Source: a virus
Taxonomy: Duplodnaviria > Caudoviricetes
IMG/VR virus record: IMGVR_UViG_3300032295_004079
Span: 48,984-112,983 of that record
Reading direction: 5' to 3' (one strand)
Length of the DNA: 64,000 bases
Numbering within the stretch: position 1 is the stretch's first letter; each line of letters begins with the position of its first letter. The notes beneath the pieces were generated by a model. The model had not been told where the DNA came from. It searched no databases and saw nothing but the letters and a program-made list of their open reading frames with translations. The position numbers were made by a program, and so were the translations under genes. Below are positions 1-8,814 of this stretch, one piece after another.

Positions 1-84
1 TTGGGGTAGACCACCGGCTTGCAAGCGCTATTTGTCCTTTACCTAATTGCCCCGTGGATGGTTCGAATCCTCCCTCTACAGCCA
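1..84 (+). tRNA. 3' part of a tRNA-like gene cut by the window edge; isotype not assignable
   Basis: GGTTCGAATCC T-loop, then CTCTACAG-CCA; T stem has a bulge; upstream part is atypical. Confidence 0.5.
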
Positions 85-88
85 TTAT

Positions 89-162
89 TCCTCCTTAGCT
101 CAGCTGGTTAGAGCACATGACTGTTAATCATGGGGTCCTTGGTTCGAGCCCAAGAGGAGGAG
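89..162 (+). tRNA. tRNA-Asn(GTT)
   Basis: TCCTCCT/AGGAGGA acceptor; CATGA-CT-GTT-AA-TCATG anticodon arm; GGTTCGAGCC T-loop. Confidence 0.95.
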
Positions 163-167
163 CACCA

Positions 168-239
168 GCTCCTAAAGCATTGCTGGCGATGCGCATGACT
201 TGTAATCATGATAACTTGGTTCGATTCCGAGTGGGAGCT
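168..239 (+). tRNA. tRNA-Thr(TGT)
   Basis: GCTCCTA/TGGGAGC acceptor; CATGA-CT-TGT-AA-TCATG; GGTTCGATTCC. Confidence 0.93.
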
Positions 240-244
240 CAACA

Positions 245-440
245 GTACCTCGATACTTCTCATAAGAACAGTTCTGAGGTCTTATTGTGATATAAGTGAA
301 TAGCCCAAGGCATAAGCTAGAATCACACCCCTAACCACTATTCAAATGACGATTTGATTATGTTAGGGTTTTAACAACACCCTATGACGAAGGAACTCAA
401 TTGAGAACTAGAAGTAAGGGCACTATGCACATAGGGTGTT
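245..440 (+). ncRNA. Putative structured RNA(s) between tRNA-Thr and tRNA-Glu
   Basis: Stems AACACCCTATG/CATAGGGTGTT, CCCTAAC/GTTAGGG, ACCTC/GAGGT, TACTTCT/AGAAGTA; no long ORF. Confidence 0.45.
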
Positions 441-450
441 TTTTATATTT

Positions 451-522
451 GCTCGGTTCGTCTAGGGGTTAGGACGTATCCCTTTCACGGATAAAACACG
501 GGTTCGATTCCCGTATCGAGTA
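451..522 (+). tRNA. tRNA-Glu(TTC)
   Basis: GCTCGGT/ATCGAGT acceptor; TATCC-CT-TTC-AC-GGATA; GGTTCGATTCC. Confidence 0.93.
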
Positions 523-524
523 CA

Positions 525-635
525 AGATTGTAACGATTCGAAAGAATGACGGAACGGACGCTATGAATGAAATGGTAATCTTTGAAACTGTAGAAAGGAG
601 TATAAGAGAAACAAACCGTACAGACGTTACAATCT
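525..635 (+). ncRNA. Putative structured small RNA between tRNA-Glu and tmRNA
   Basis: Perfect 11-bp closing stem AGATTGTAACG/CGTTACAATCT; internal ATTC-GAAA-GAAT GNRA hairpin. Confidence 0.45.
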
Positions 636-672
636 CCCTCTTTAAAGGAGTATAGAAAGTTATTTGAAATAT

Positions 673-1049
673 GGGGTTGAAAGGTATAGATTGGCAATGT
701 AAATGAAGTAGATGATGCAAGCCGGGTTAGATGGAAATCCGTAAATACCTATCGAACAATAAGAGGCGAAGAGAAATCTTCATTCACCTTCGAAGATGCT
801 TTGGCATTCGTAGGTGCTGATTACGCTGTAGCAGCCTAATCTTTCCCGCACACATCGTGGGGTGTTAAAAAGAATGTGTACCAAGGTGGAAAAGTGATTG
901 AACCCGAAATCGAATCACCCATTGGTTGTCAGGTTTACGATGGTGAAGAACAAACCGACTATTTTGTTTATTAAGAAAAATAAACTAAGCTTGTGAATGA
1001 GTCCTTTAGTTAGTTGAGCAAGACGGCGGTTCGATTCCGCCCAACTCCA
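673..1049 (+). ncRNA. ssrA: tmRNA; tag reading frame 765-839 = GEEKSSFTFEDALAFVGADYAVAA*
   Basis: GGGGTTG/CAACTCC-A alanyl-type acceptor, 3' T-arm GGCGGTTCGATTCCGCC, internal frame ending YAVAA-TAA. Confidence 0.93.
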
Positions 1050-1067
1050 CTTTTATTATTAAAAATT

Positions 1068-1244
1068 ATGGCACTATTTAAAGATTTAAAAGAATTACAA
1101 GAAGAATTGCAATACTGGAAAGAATACGAGCCTGTAAACAATATGGGAAAATGGTATGTAAGTGTCAGAATTGATAAAATAAAAAGAAAAATTAAAGCAG
1201 TTGAAGAAGAGTTAAAGAAAAGAAAAAATAGATTGGCTACTTAA
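1068..1244 (+). CDS. Hypothetical coiled-coil protein
   Basis: ATG at 1068 lies downstream of the tmRNA end. Confidence 0.6.
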   Translation: MALFKDLKELQEELQYWKEYEPVNNMGKWYVSVRIDKIKRKIKAVEEELKKRKNRLAT

Positions 1245-1263
1245 ATCTCATTTCGTACCTTTA
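1233..1263 (+). promoter_or_regulatory. Host-type promoter TTGG-N19-TAnnTTTA; similar sites start at 1618, 3702, 4462, 6358, 34269, 43840, 56873, 58721 and 56397 on the minus strand
   Basis: Constant spacing between TTG(G) and TAnnTTTA; resembles the Bacteroidota -33 TTG / -7 TAnnTTTG consensus. Confidence 0.75.
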
Positions 1264-1276
1264 TATTATATTAAAT

Positions 1277-1360
1277 GCCGGGATGGTGGAATAGGTAGAC
1301 ACGCAAGACTTAAAATCTTGTTCGCCAACGCGAGTGCGGGTTCGATTCCCGCTCCTGGTA
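1277..1360 (+). tRNA. tRNA-Leu(TAA)
   Basis: GCCGGGA/TCCTGGT acceptor; CAAGA-CT-TAA-AA-TCTTG; long variable arm; GGTTCGATTCC. Confidence 0.95.
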
Positions 1361-1410
1361 CTATTAATAAACATATTTATATTTATAACAAACAAAAACA
1401 AACAAACAAA

Positions 1411-1587
1411 ATGAAAAAAGTAACAATGATTTTCGCTGCAGCAGTAATGTTTGCTGTAGCATCTTGTGGAGCTAAGAAAACTGAAGAAGTGGTAGTTGAC
1501 TCTGTAGCAGTTGAAGCTGACACTACTGCTGTTGATAGCGCTGCTGTTGTAGTTGCTGACAGCGCTGCTGTTGAAGCTGCTCTCTAA
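1411..1587 (+). CDS. Small Ala/Val/Asp-rich lipoprotein
   Basis: MKK + hydrophobic stretch + VASC lipobox; DSAAV repeats. Confidence 0.75.
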   Translation: MKKVTMIFAAAVMFAVASCGAKKTEEVVVDSVAVEADTTAVDSAAVVVADSAAVEAAL

Positions 1588-1613
1588 TAAAGCAGTTCAC
1601 AAGATGAATTAAG

Positions 1614-1640
1614 GAGCTTGGAGACCCAAGCTCTTTTTTT
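1614..1640 (+). terminator. Intrinsic terminator overlapping the next promoter
   Basis: GAGCTTGG-AGAC-CCAAGCTC + T tract. Confidence 0.8.
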
Positions 1641-1664
1641 TACCTTTATATAAAATAAAATGTT

Positions 1665-2162
1665 ATGATAAAAGATATTAAATATTTCTTCAAAAGAAAA
1701 TACCAACAGGTAGAACGAGTAATTGACTTCCTACCAATTATTTGGAATGGGTTCGATTTCGATTATAGCTATTCAATAGAACTGTTCAAAAAACAACTAG
1801 AAAGACAGGCTAAACTATTTGAATCAGATCCACTAAATCCAGACAGATCAAAACAAAACGCTTCACGAATTAGAACTGCAATTCAACTGATGGATAAAGT
1901 TTATAATGAGGACTACAGTATGGAATGGATAGATACCATTGAAGTAAAATATGGTTCAGAAGTATTAGACTTTTGGTTTGAAGATGCAGGTGAAGGTGAT
2001 GGTTCATCTTTTTTGAGGTTAGAATATGAGAAATGGGATAATTCAAAAGAAATTGAAAAAGTTCAGAAAAAATTATTATTAGAATCAAGAGAAAAACAAA
2101 AACGAGCACATAAGTTACTTTGGGATTTTATAGAACATAATATTCAATATTGGTGGGACTAA
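1665..2162 (+). CDS. Hypothetical phage protein
   Basis: 165-aa ORF ending WWD. Confidence 0.7.
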   Translation: MIKDIKYFFKRKYQQVERVIDFLPIIWNGFDFDYSYSIELFKKQLERQAKLFESDPLNPDRSKQNASRIRTAIQLMDKVYNEDYSMEWIDTIEVKYGSEVLDFWFEDAGEGDGSSFLRLEYEKWDNSKEIEKVQKKLLLESREKQKRAHKLLWDFIEHNIQYWWD

Positions 2163-2163
2163 T

Positions 2164-2397
2164 ATGAAACAGACAGCAATACAACAAGCCATTGTAATAG
2201 TTAGAAGTAGAATAGAGTCAATAGACGAGACTTTAATGGGTAAACATACCGCTCATCATCTTCAGCAGATTGAAAGAGTTTTATATGATTTGCTTGAGGC
2301 AGAGAAGGAGCAGATAATTGAATCTTGGTGGGATGGTTGTCAAAATTGGGATAATGAAAAAGAAGCAGAACAATACTATAATGAAACATACAAATAA
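2164..2397 (+). CDS. Hypothetical protein, KQTA...YYNET family
   Basis: Shares N- and C-terminal motifs with the next ORF. Confidence 0.65.
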   Translation: MKQTAIQQAIVIVRSRIESIDETLMGKHTAHHLQQIERVLYDLLEAEKEQIIESWWDGCQNWDNEKEAEQYYNETYK

Positions 2398-2464
2398 AAT
2401 GGTAAATATTGAATCTAACCCATTAAATGGTAATAGTTTTATGAATGATTTAAGAAATAAATAT

Positions 2465-2689
2465 ATGGAAAAGCAAACCGCAGTAGAATATTTATTTGAA
2501 CAGTTATGGGATACTCCAAAGGATAAGTTGACTTGGTACAGTATTTTATCAAAAGCTAAAGAAATGGAAGAAACCCAAACAATTAAATTTGCTTATAGTT
2601 TTTTAGATAACTGTTTTACAAAAGATGGAATTATACAAAAATCAGCGGGTGAATACTACAACGAAACCTTTAATACTAAAGAGAAATGA
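2465..2689 (+). CDS. Hypothetical protein, KQTA...YYNET family
   Basis: MEKQTAVE...EYYNETF; start chosen by paralogy. Confidence 0.6.
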   Translation: MEKQTAVEYLFEQLWDTPKDKLTWYSILSKAKEMEETQTIKFAYSFLDNCFTKDGIIQKSAGEYYNETFNTKEK

Positions 2690-3411
2690 AAACCACAGAA
2701 GAAATAGTAAATGAAATGATGGAACAAACTGATGAGATGTTAGTTGAAATCCATAAAAATCTTAGTGAGAAAATTGGAGAAGCATCCGCAGATAAATGGG
2801 TTGAGATGCTTAAAAAAATTAGAGAAAAAGAAATCGAAAGACAAACAAAATGAAACTATCAATCAACGAAGTATGGGGTCAAGTTTACTTTCTCCCGTTT
2901 ATAAAACTAACACACACACGCCAATTAAATGGTGATTTAGAATTAATTATTGGTTATCTAAAATGGGAACTAGTAATAGGAATGTAAAAGCTACAGAACA
3001 GGGGTACCAATACTGTTCTAAATGTCAAAAAGAAACTTGGCATACTCCCAAACTAGGACTGGTACGTGAAAATAGTAGAAAATGTGATGTGTGTAATAGT
3101 GTAAACCAAATAGAAAAATAATATATGGGAACTTTAGTTGCAATTGGAGTTATTTTAGTATTTACAGGTATGATATCTGTTCTCTGGGTACGAGGAATTA
3201 ATTATATGGATAAAAACCACCCAGATTATAAAGGTTATGATTTGTTTGACGAAGAAGAAGATGGCAAAGTATCTTAAAACCGCATTCATAAGGGATTTAG
3301 AAATTCAACTCCATAATGAAGAAATATCTTATGGTCGAATGCTAGAGCTAATACAAGAAGAAGTAATTAAAAATTACAAACAAGATATAAAACAAAATAA
3401 ATTATAAGGTT

Positions 3412-3699
3412 ATGGCAAAAAGATTAACACTAGCAGAAAAACAAAATTTATTCGTTGAAAATGCAATCAACAAAATGTTTGAAATTGCAGGACATGATGT
3501 CACTTACAATGATATAAAAGGTAGACAAGACAATTGGTATGCCCAATGGACTATGACCATGGATCAAAGCGAGGAGTGGAGAAAATGGGGTGTAGCTGAA
3601 ATTAAAAAACAGTTCAAATACAGTACTGTAATGGCTGAAAGAGAAATGGGAATGGTTTCTCTAATGTGGGGGTTAAAATTTAGCGATTTTAATAAATAA
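3412..3699 (+). CDS. Hypothetical protein
   Basis: AAGGTT-ATG start context. Confidence 0.65.
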   Translation: MAKRLTLAEKQNLFVENAINKMFEIAGHDVTYNDIKGRQDNWYAQWTMTMDQSEEWRKWGVAEIKKQFKYSTVMAEREMGMVSLMWGLKFSDFNK

Positions 3700-3722
3700 G
3701 CTTGGAATTCCAAGCTTTTTTT
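3699..3722 (+). terminator. Intrinsic terminator overlapping a promoter
   Basis: AGCTTGG-AATT-CCAAGCT + T tract. Confidence 0.75.
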
Positions 3723-3736
3723 CTTACATTTATATC

Positions 3737-4135
3737 ATGGAAAAAGAAACATACAAAAACAGGTACGGAGACATTTACACATTCACTCCCACAAGTGATG
3801 GTAATATCCTATGGGAAGGTAGTTTTAGCTATACACGATTTGCATGGCCCAATGACTACACAGCAGCTTACAATGCCTACCTTGAGCAAGGTGGAACTAT
3901 GCCTCTAAATGAATTCAAAAAGAAGATTCATGAATGGGATGAAGAGAAAAAAGAATATGTTATGGGTAGAGATTTGGTAAAACTGATTAAATCAGATTTA
4001 TCTAAAATTGATATGGTTGATCCTTCAGGCGGACCTTATATAGGTACAGGAATGGAATGGATGGGAAAAATTATAGTAGGTATTAAACCCCAAGAAAGTG
4101 GGTATTTGCTTATAACTGAAGATATTGAAAAATAA
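3737..4135 (+). CDS. Hypothetical phage protein
   Basis: NRYGD and VDPSGGPYI motifs. Confidence 0.7.
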   Translation: MEKETYKNRYGDIYTFTPTSDGNILWEGSFSYTRFAWPNDYTAAYNAYLEQGGTMPLNEFKKKIHEWDEEKKEYVMGRDLVKLIKSDLSKIDMVDPSGGPYIGTGMEWMGKIIVGIKPQESGYLLITEDIEK

Positions 4136-4138
4136 GTT

Positions 4139-4372
4139 ATGATAGATGTAAAAATCAGATGGAATACTAAATGTCAAGATAATCATTCCTATTGGCGTAT
4201 TTTAATTGATGGAGTTGAACATATTTGCTCAGATGTTATAATTGAAGTCCCAACATATACTACTCAGGATGAAGTGTGGGATAGTTTAAGAGATCAAGAA
4301 GTTATAAAACACCATATTAGCTGTAAAGCTAACGAAATTATTTGGAAAGGTAGTATTGTAGTTGTAAAATAA
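4139..4372 (+). CDS. Hypothetical protein
   Basis: 77-aa ORF in operon. Confidence 0.6.
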   Translation: MIDVKIRWNTKCQDNHSYWRILIDGVEHICSDVIIEVPTYTTQDEVWDSLRDQEVIKHHISCKANEIIWKGSIVVVK

Positions 4373-4526
4373 ACAAAATATGCTAGAAATTGTAAGACAC
4401 ACTTTTGGGTTGTGTGGAGAACACTCTCACCCAAATCTTTTCACTTTATTTGCAAGTGGAGTTGGATTTACGGGTATTTATTCGTACATTAAATACAAAT
4501 ATTTTACTAAAAACAAACAATAATTT

Positions 4527-4772
4527 ATGAAACAAATTCTTTATTTCACCGCTTCATGGTGTCAACCTTGCCGTATGCTAGGTCCTATTATGGAATCTGT
4601 AAAAGGACAAGTTAACTATTCAAAACTAGATATTGATGCTGAACAAGATTTAGCTATTAAATACAAAGTTAGAAGTGTACCTACTTTGGTTTTGGTTGAA
4701 AACGGTGTTGAAAAAAACAGATTAGTAGGAGTACACCAATCACCTGAAATTCTAAAATTTTATAACAGCTAA
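4527..4772 (+). CDS. Thioredoxin
   Basis: WCQPC active site, SVPT cis-Pro motif. Confidence 0.92.
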   Translation: MKQILYFTASWCQPCRMLGPIMESVKGQVNYSKLDIDAEQDLAIKYKVRSVPTLVLVENGVEKNRLVGVHQSPEILKFYNS

Positions 4773-4778
4773 TTAGTT

Positions 4779-5243
4779 ATGGGAACATTTCAATCAAGTA
4801 AGTTATTTGACGGTTATTCTACCGTCTTTAGACAATGGAAAGCAGATACTACACACTGTAAATTTTTACATGGTTATGCAGTATCCTTTAGAGTATGGTT
4901 TGAAGGTGAACTAGATGAGAGAAATTGGGTATGGGATTTTGGTGGTATGAAAAGAGCCAAAAATACAATTCAAGGTAAATCTCCTAAAGATTTTTTCACC
5001 TGGTTATTGGATCATACTATGATTATAGCTGAAGATGATCCATTTCTGGAATCATTTAAACGAATGGATGAAGCAGGAGTAGTACAACTAAGAATTTTAC
5101 CTGCTACAGGATGTGAAAAGTTTGCAGAATACCTGTATAATGTTATTAATGAATTTCTAGCAGTAGAAACTGATGGTAGAGTTAAAGCATCAAAAGTAGA
5201 AGTATATGAAAACAAAAGAAATGCAGCGAGTTATGGCAAATAG
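4779..5243 (+). CDS. queD: 6-carboxytetrahydropterin synthase (QueD/PTPS family)
   Basis: HCKFLHGY, WDFG, LDH, CE motifs. Confidence 0.88.
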   Translation: MGTFQSSKLFDGYSTVFRQWKADTTHCKFLHGYAVSFRVWFEGELDERNWVWDFGGMKRAKNTIQGKSPKDFFTWLLDHTMIIAEDDPFLESFKRMDEAGVVQLRILPATGCEKFAEYLYNVINEFLAVETDGRVKASKVEVYENKRNAASYGK

Positions 5244-5490
5244 AAAAAGTACAATAGCAGAGGTTGAACAGGAACTATATGAAGTACGTCAAAGACAATC
5301 ATTAAATAAACCAAAAAATATTCCTGATCCCGTAAAACACCCTGATCCTAAAAAACATCAACAAATTTCATTTGTTAAATCTGGAGTTAGGATTGTAGCA
5401 TGTCTTTTAGGATTTGCTGGGATGTACGAAATAGGTTTTCTAGGCTTATTTTTAGCTGAATTAATTGGGGTTTACGAGGAATTGGTTTAA
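5233..5490 (+). CDS. Hypothetical membrane protein
   Basis: C-terminal hydrophobic segments, ends AELIGVYEELV. Confidence 0.6.
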   Translation: MANRKSTIAEVEQELYEVRQRQSLNKPKNIPDPVKHPDPKKHQQISFVKSGVRIVACLLGFAGMYEIGFLGLFLAELIGVYEELV

Positions 5491-5501
5491 ATTAAAAATA
5501 C

Positions 5502-6356
5502 ATGAACAAATTAGGTAGAATTGAAGACTACAATAAGGTATTACCTATTGTAGAACTATATACAGCGGTTCAATCCGAAGGAAGTAGAGCAGGTTATCCA
5601 ACTATTATTATCCGAACCACAGGTTGTACTCACAGATGTTTCTTTGGAGAAGGAGGATGGTGCGACAGCTGGTATACAAGTATCCATCCAGAAAAAGGTA
5701 CATTTACCTTTAATGACATCATCAAAATGTATGACGCTAATCCCCACATTTCAGAAATGATGTTAACAGGCGGTGCTCCAACTATGCACCCTGCTTTAGT
5801 AAACGAACTAACACATTTCGCAAATGAAAGAAACATATTCATCACCATTGAAACTGAGGGATCGCATTTTCTCCCTACCGATTATCCTATTAATCTCGTT
5901 AGTATTTCTCCTAAGTTTGCTAATAGTGTCCCCGTTCTTGGGGCTGTTACGCCGCAAGGAAAAGTAGCAGATCAAAAGATGATCGATCAACACAACAAAC
6001 TTAGATTGAATTATGCTTCAATCGCTAGAATGATTGCATACCATGATAGCTACCATCTAAAACCAGTTATTGACAAGAATTTAGCTATTATTCCCGAATA
6101 CGAGGAATTTTTAGATGCACTAGCTGTAGAACTACAGAGCATAAGAGATGTACAAGATGCTTTCTTCTATACAGTATCTGATGTAGATGACATTCGAGAC
6201 ATGTTAAAGTTTAATACCTGGATGATGCCTGCAGGAGATGATAGACCTGCACTATTTGAATCTTATCCTGTTGTAATGAACTACTGTAGAGATAATGGCT
6301 ACAAGTTTACAGGTAGAGAACATATTATGGCTTTTGGTACTGAAAGATGTGTTTAA
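5502..6356 (+). CDS. queE: 7-carboxy-7-deazaguanine synthase (radical SAM)
   Basis: ELY.AVQSEG, RTTGCTHRC..WCDS, LTGG.P, IETEG, SISPK. Confidence 0.9.
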   Translation: MNKLGRIEDYNKVLPIVELYTAVQSEGSRAGYPTIIIRTTGCTHRCFFGEGGWCDSWYTSIHPEKGTFTFNDIIKMYDANPHISEMMLTGGAPTMHPALVNELTHFANERNIFITIETEGSHFLPTDYPINLVSISPKFANSVPVLGAVTPQGKVADQKMIDQHNKLRLNYASIARMIAYHDSYHLKPVIDKNLAIIPEYEEFLDALAVELQSIRDVQDAFFYTVSDVDDIRDMLKFNTWMMPAGDDRPALFESYPVVMNYCRDNGYKFTGREHIMAFGTERCV

Positions 6357-6406
6357 TTTGGGATCCCAAATCAGGATTCGTATATTTACAAAAAATAAGA
6401 TAGTTA

Positions 6407-7135
6407 ATGGAAAATAATAGAAAGAAAAAACACACAAATTTAGAGGTAGTACCCGTAGGGTTTGCAAATGGTATTTCAACTCAATTAGCTGCTAAACGTG
6501 CTTTGTTTGGAGAAGCAACTGAGCTAACTGAAACAGAAAAAAATGATATCATCCAAAAAGCTACTAAAGCATATGGAGAATTTTTAACTGCACTAGGTTG
6601 TGATTGGGAAAACGATCCCAATTCAGCTGATACTCCTAAACGAGTAGCTAAAGCATATGTTAATGATTTGTGGAAAGGTAGATTTTCTCCAATGTCTGAA
6701 ATTACATCTTTCCCAAGTGATGGATACGATGGAATTGTAATTGAAAGAAATATTCCACTTACTTCAATGTGTTCACACCACCACCAAACAATTGGAGGAG
6801 TAGTTCATATTGGTTACGTGGTAGGTTTGGAAGGTAGAGTGATTGGTCTTTCCAAACTAAACCGAATTGTAGAACACTTTGGTCGTAGAGGGGCAATTCA
6901 AGAACAACTTACCTCTGCAATTCACCAAGCAGTAGATAAAATTACTGAAAATAATAAAGGTGTAATTGTTACAGTTGTAGGAACACACAATTGTGTTTCA
7001 TGTCGAGGTGTTAAACATCAAGGTGCATCTATGGTGACAACAAAAGCTTCTGGCGTATTTATGGACAATAGCAACCAAGCACGCAAAGAATTTTTTGACA
7101 GCATCAAAATCAATAATGGAAACCACCCGGTATAA
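6407..7135 (+). CDS. folE: GTP cyclohydrolase I
   Basis: TPKRVAK, SMCSHHH, GLSKLNR, IQEQLT, HNCVSCRGV. Confidence 0.95.
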   Translation: MENNRKKKHTNLEVVPVGFANGISTQLAAKRALFGEATELTETEKNDIIQKATKAYGEFLTALGCDWENDPNSADTPKRVAKAYVNDLWKGRFSPMSEITSFPSDGYDGIVIERNIPLTSMCSHHHQTIGGVVHIGYVVGLEGRVIGLSKLNRIVEHFGRRGAIQEQLTSAIHQAVDKITENNKGVIVTVVGTHNCVSCRGVKHQGASMVTTKASGVFMDNSNQARKEFFDSIKINNGNHPV

Positions 7136-7136
7136 A

Positions 7137-7532
7137 ATGTTAAAAGTAGGAAATAAAATTATATTAAATTGGGAAAATGTAGGTAGTCTTGTAAATAAGA
7201 TTTGTGCTACAATTTTAAAAGATTTTCCTAATATTGACTCAATTCATGGTATCAAACGGGGGGGATTAATTCCCTCTGTTATGATATCCCATCAATTAAA
7301 TTTACCGTGGACTTACGAAATATTTCCTAATACTTTAGTAGTTGACGATATCTGTGATAGTGGTGAGACATTAACAAATTATGCAGGAGTTTACACTGCA
7401 GTTCTGGTTTACAAACCACACACATCCACTTTTAAACCTAACATATATGCCCGAGTTCATAGTGGAGATGAGTGGATTATCTACCCTTGGGAAAGTGAAA
7501 AAGCAAAACCAATTCAAGACTATAAGCTATGA
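7137..7532 (+). CDS. Type I purine phosphoribosyltransferase (Gpt-like)
   Basis: RGGLIP, VVDDICDSGETL PRPP loop, WIIYPWE. Confidence 0.88.
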   Translation: MLKVGNKIILNWENVGSLVNKICATILKDFPNIDSIHGIKRGGLIPSVMISHQLNLPWTYEIFPNTLVVDDICDSGETLTNYAGVYTAVLVYKPHTSTFKPNIYARVHSGDEWIIYPWESEKAKPIQDYKL

Positions 7533-7672
7533 AATTAGGGGATTGGTTGGAAAAGCTAATTTCTATTATTACCTTTAATCAAGGTAAAAAGATCGCAACT
7601 TACATAGCTAAACTGTTAGGTAAAGAAGATTGTGGGTGCGAGCGAAGAAAACAAAAATTAAATAATCTATAA
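7529..7672 (+). CDS. 47-aa protein with DCGC motif (absent from ORF track)
   Basis: MKLGDWLEK...GKEDCGCERRKQKLNNL; ATGA overlap with previous gene. Confidence 0.6.
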   Translation: MKLGDWLEKLISIITFNQGKKIATYIAKLLGKEDCGCERRKQKLNNL

Positions 7673-7689
7673 ACTAAAAATTAAAAGTT

Positions 7690-7896
7690 ATGATGTACTG
7701 GCAAGTAGATGTAAAACTCGAGTTTACAAATGATCGAGGTAAAGTTCAAAAAGTTACCGAAAAATATCTAGTAGAAGCATTTTCTGCAACTGAAGCAGAA
7801 GCTGTTATCTATAAAGAATTTGAAGGTGAAAGTAATTTTACAGTTGAAAAAGTAGCTAAGTCTAGAATTCTAAAAGTAATTAACATTGAACAATAA
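7690..7896 (+). CDS. DUF4494-like protein
   Basis: KVTEKYLVEAFSATEAEA pattern. Confidence 0.7.
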   Translation: MMYWQVDVKLEFTNDRGKVQKVTEKYLVEAFSATEAEAVIYKEFEGESNFTVEKVAKSRILKVINIEQ

Positions 7897-8593
7897 TAAT
7901 CTAAAGTATCTATACTGTATCCAGTATAAAACTATTGATGGTCAAGCCCACACTTTGCACCCTTGGTTTGAAACTCACCCAGATGATAGTGTAATTAAAA
8001 AAGAAATTCATAAAGTTGAAAAACTATCTAGAACTGAACCTGATTTTGTTTATTACATGGTTTATGATAAGTCTCAAGAAGTACCATTTGTAGATGAAGT
8101 AGAAAAATTTAATGCTACATTTGGTAAACCTAATAATTATAAACCTAATATTCCAAGTAGAAACGAGTGGGAGTTTGTTTACAACTTTGTTTTAGAGGAA
8201 CTAGAAGAGTATAAAGAAGCATGCGAAAGTGGAGATATCGTTGGAGTTTTAGATGCTCTTTGTGATATTACGTATGTTTCTTTAGGTAATGGAGTTATGT
8301 TGCATGGGCTTAGACGCAAAATCTTACCAGCGTATGCTGAAGTTCAAGCCTCAAACATGTCAAAATCTTGTTTAACCGAAGAAGAAGCAAGACAAACCGT
8401 AGAATTGCGCTCTAAAGAACAAGGTGAACCGTGCCATTACGAGGAAAAAGGTGATTACTATGTAGTTTATCGTACACGCGATCGCAAAGTAATGAAATCT
8501 ATTAATTATTTTAAACCTGATTTAACGCAATTCTTTAGTGTTACTGAAATGAAAGATTGCGAAACAAAACATGATTCAGATACTATAATTTAA
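7886..8593 (+). CDS. MazG-like all-alpha NTP pyrophosphohydrolase
   Basis: EELEEY, DALCDITYV, EVQASNMSK, KVMKS. Confidence 0.82.
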   Translation: MNNNNLKYLYCIQYKTIDGQAHTLHPWFETHPDDSVIKKEIHKVEKLSRTEPDFVYYMVYDKSQEVPFVDEVEKFNATFGKPNNYKPNIPSRNEWEFVYNFVLEELEEYKEACESGDIVGVLDALCDITYVSLGNGVMLHGLRRKILPAYAEVQASNMSKSCLTEEEARQTVELRSKEQGEPCHYEEKGDYYVVYRTRDRKVMKSINYFKPDLTQFFSVTEMKDCETKHDSDTII

Positions 8594-8604
8594 AAAAAAA
8601 TGTT

Positions 8605-8814
8605 ATGTTCTTAAAATGTACTAAAGGCCACCCAGGAATTCTAGAAGAAGGACAAATATATGAAGCATATATGGTCACTGAAAATGGGCATTTTCTATTA
8701 CTAGGAGTTGATCCTCCTTCACCTCATACTTGCTTTAACAAAGAAAGGTTCGTACCTATCGATATTGATGATATTAATATTGAAGAGGTATTTGAACTTA
8801 CTATGGAGCTATGA
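8605..8814 (+). CDS. Hypothetical protein
   Basis: 69-aa ORF overlapping the polymerase start. Confidence 0.55.
   Translation: MFLKCTKGHPGILEEGQIYEAYMVTENGHFLLLGVDPPSPHTCFNKERFVPIDIDDINIEEVFELTMEL

Noticed and set aside
13-35. tRNA-Cys(GCA) call for the first element
   Set aside because: Flanks of TT-GCA-AG do not form a proper 5-bp anticodon stem and the spacing to the T arm is wrong.
469-1410. ORFs 469-720, 485-697 and the upstream starts 1014 and 1318
   Set aside because: They overlap tRNA/tmRNA genes; better ATGs at 1068 and 1411.
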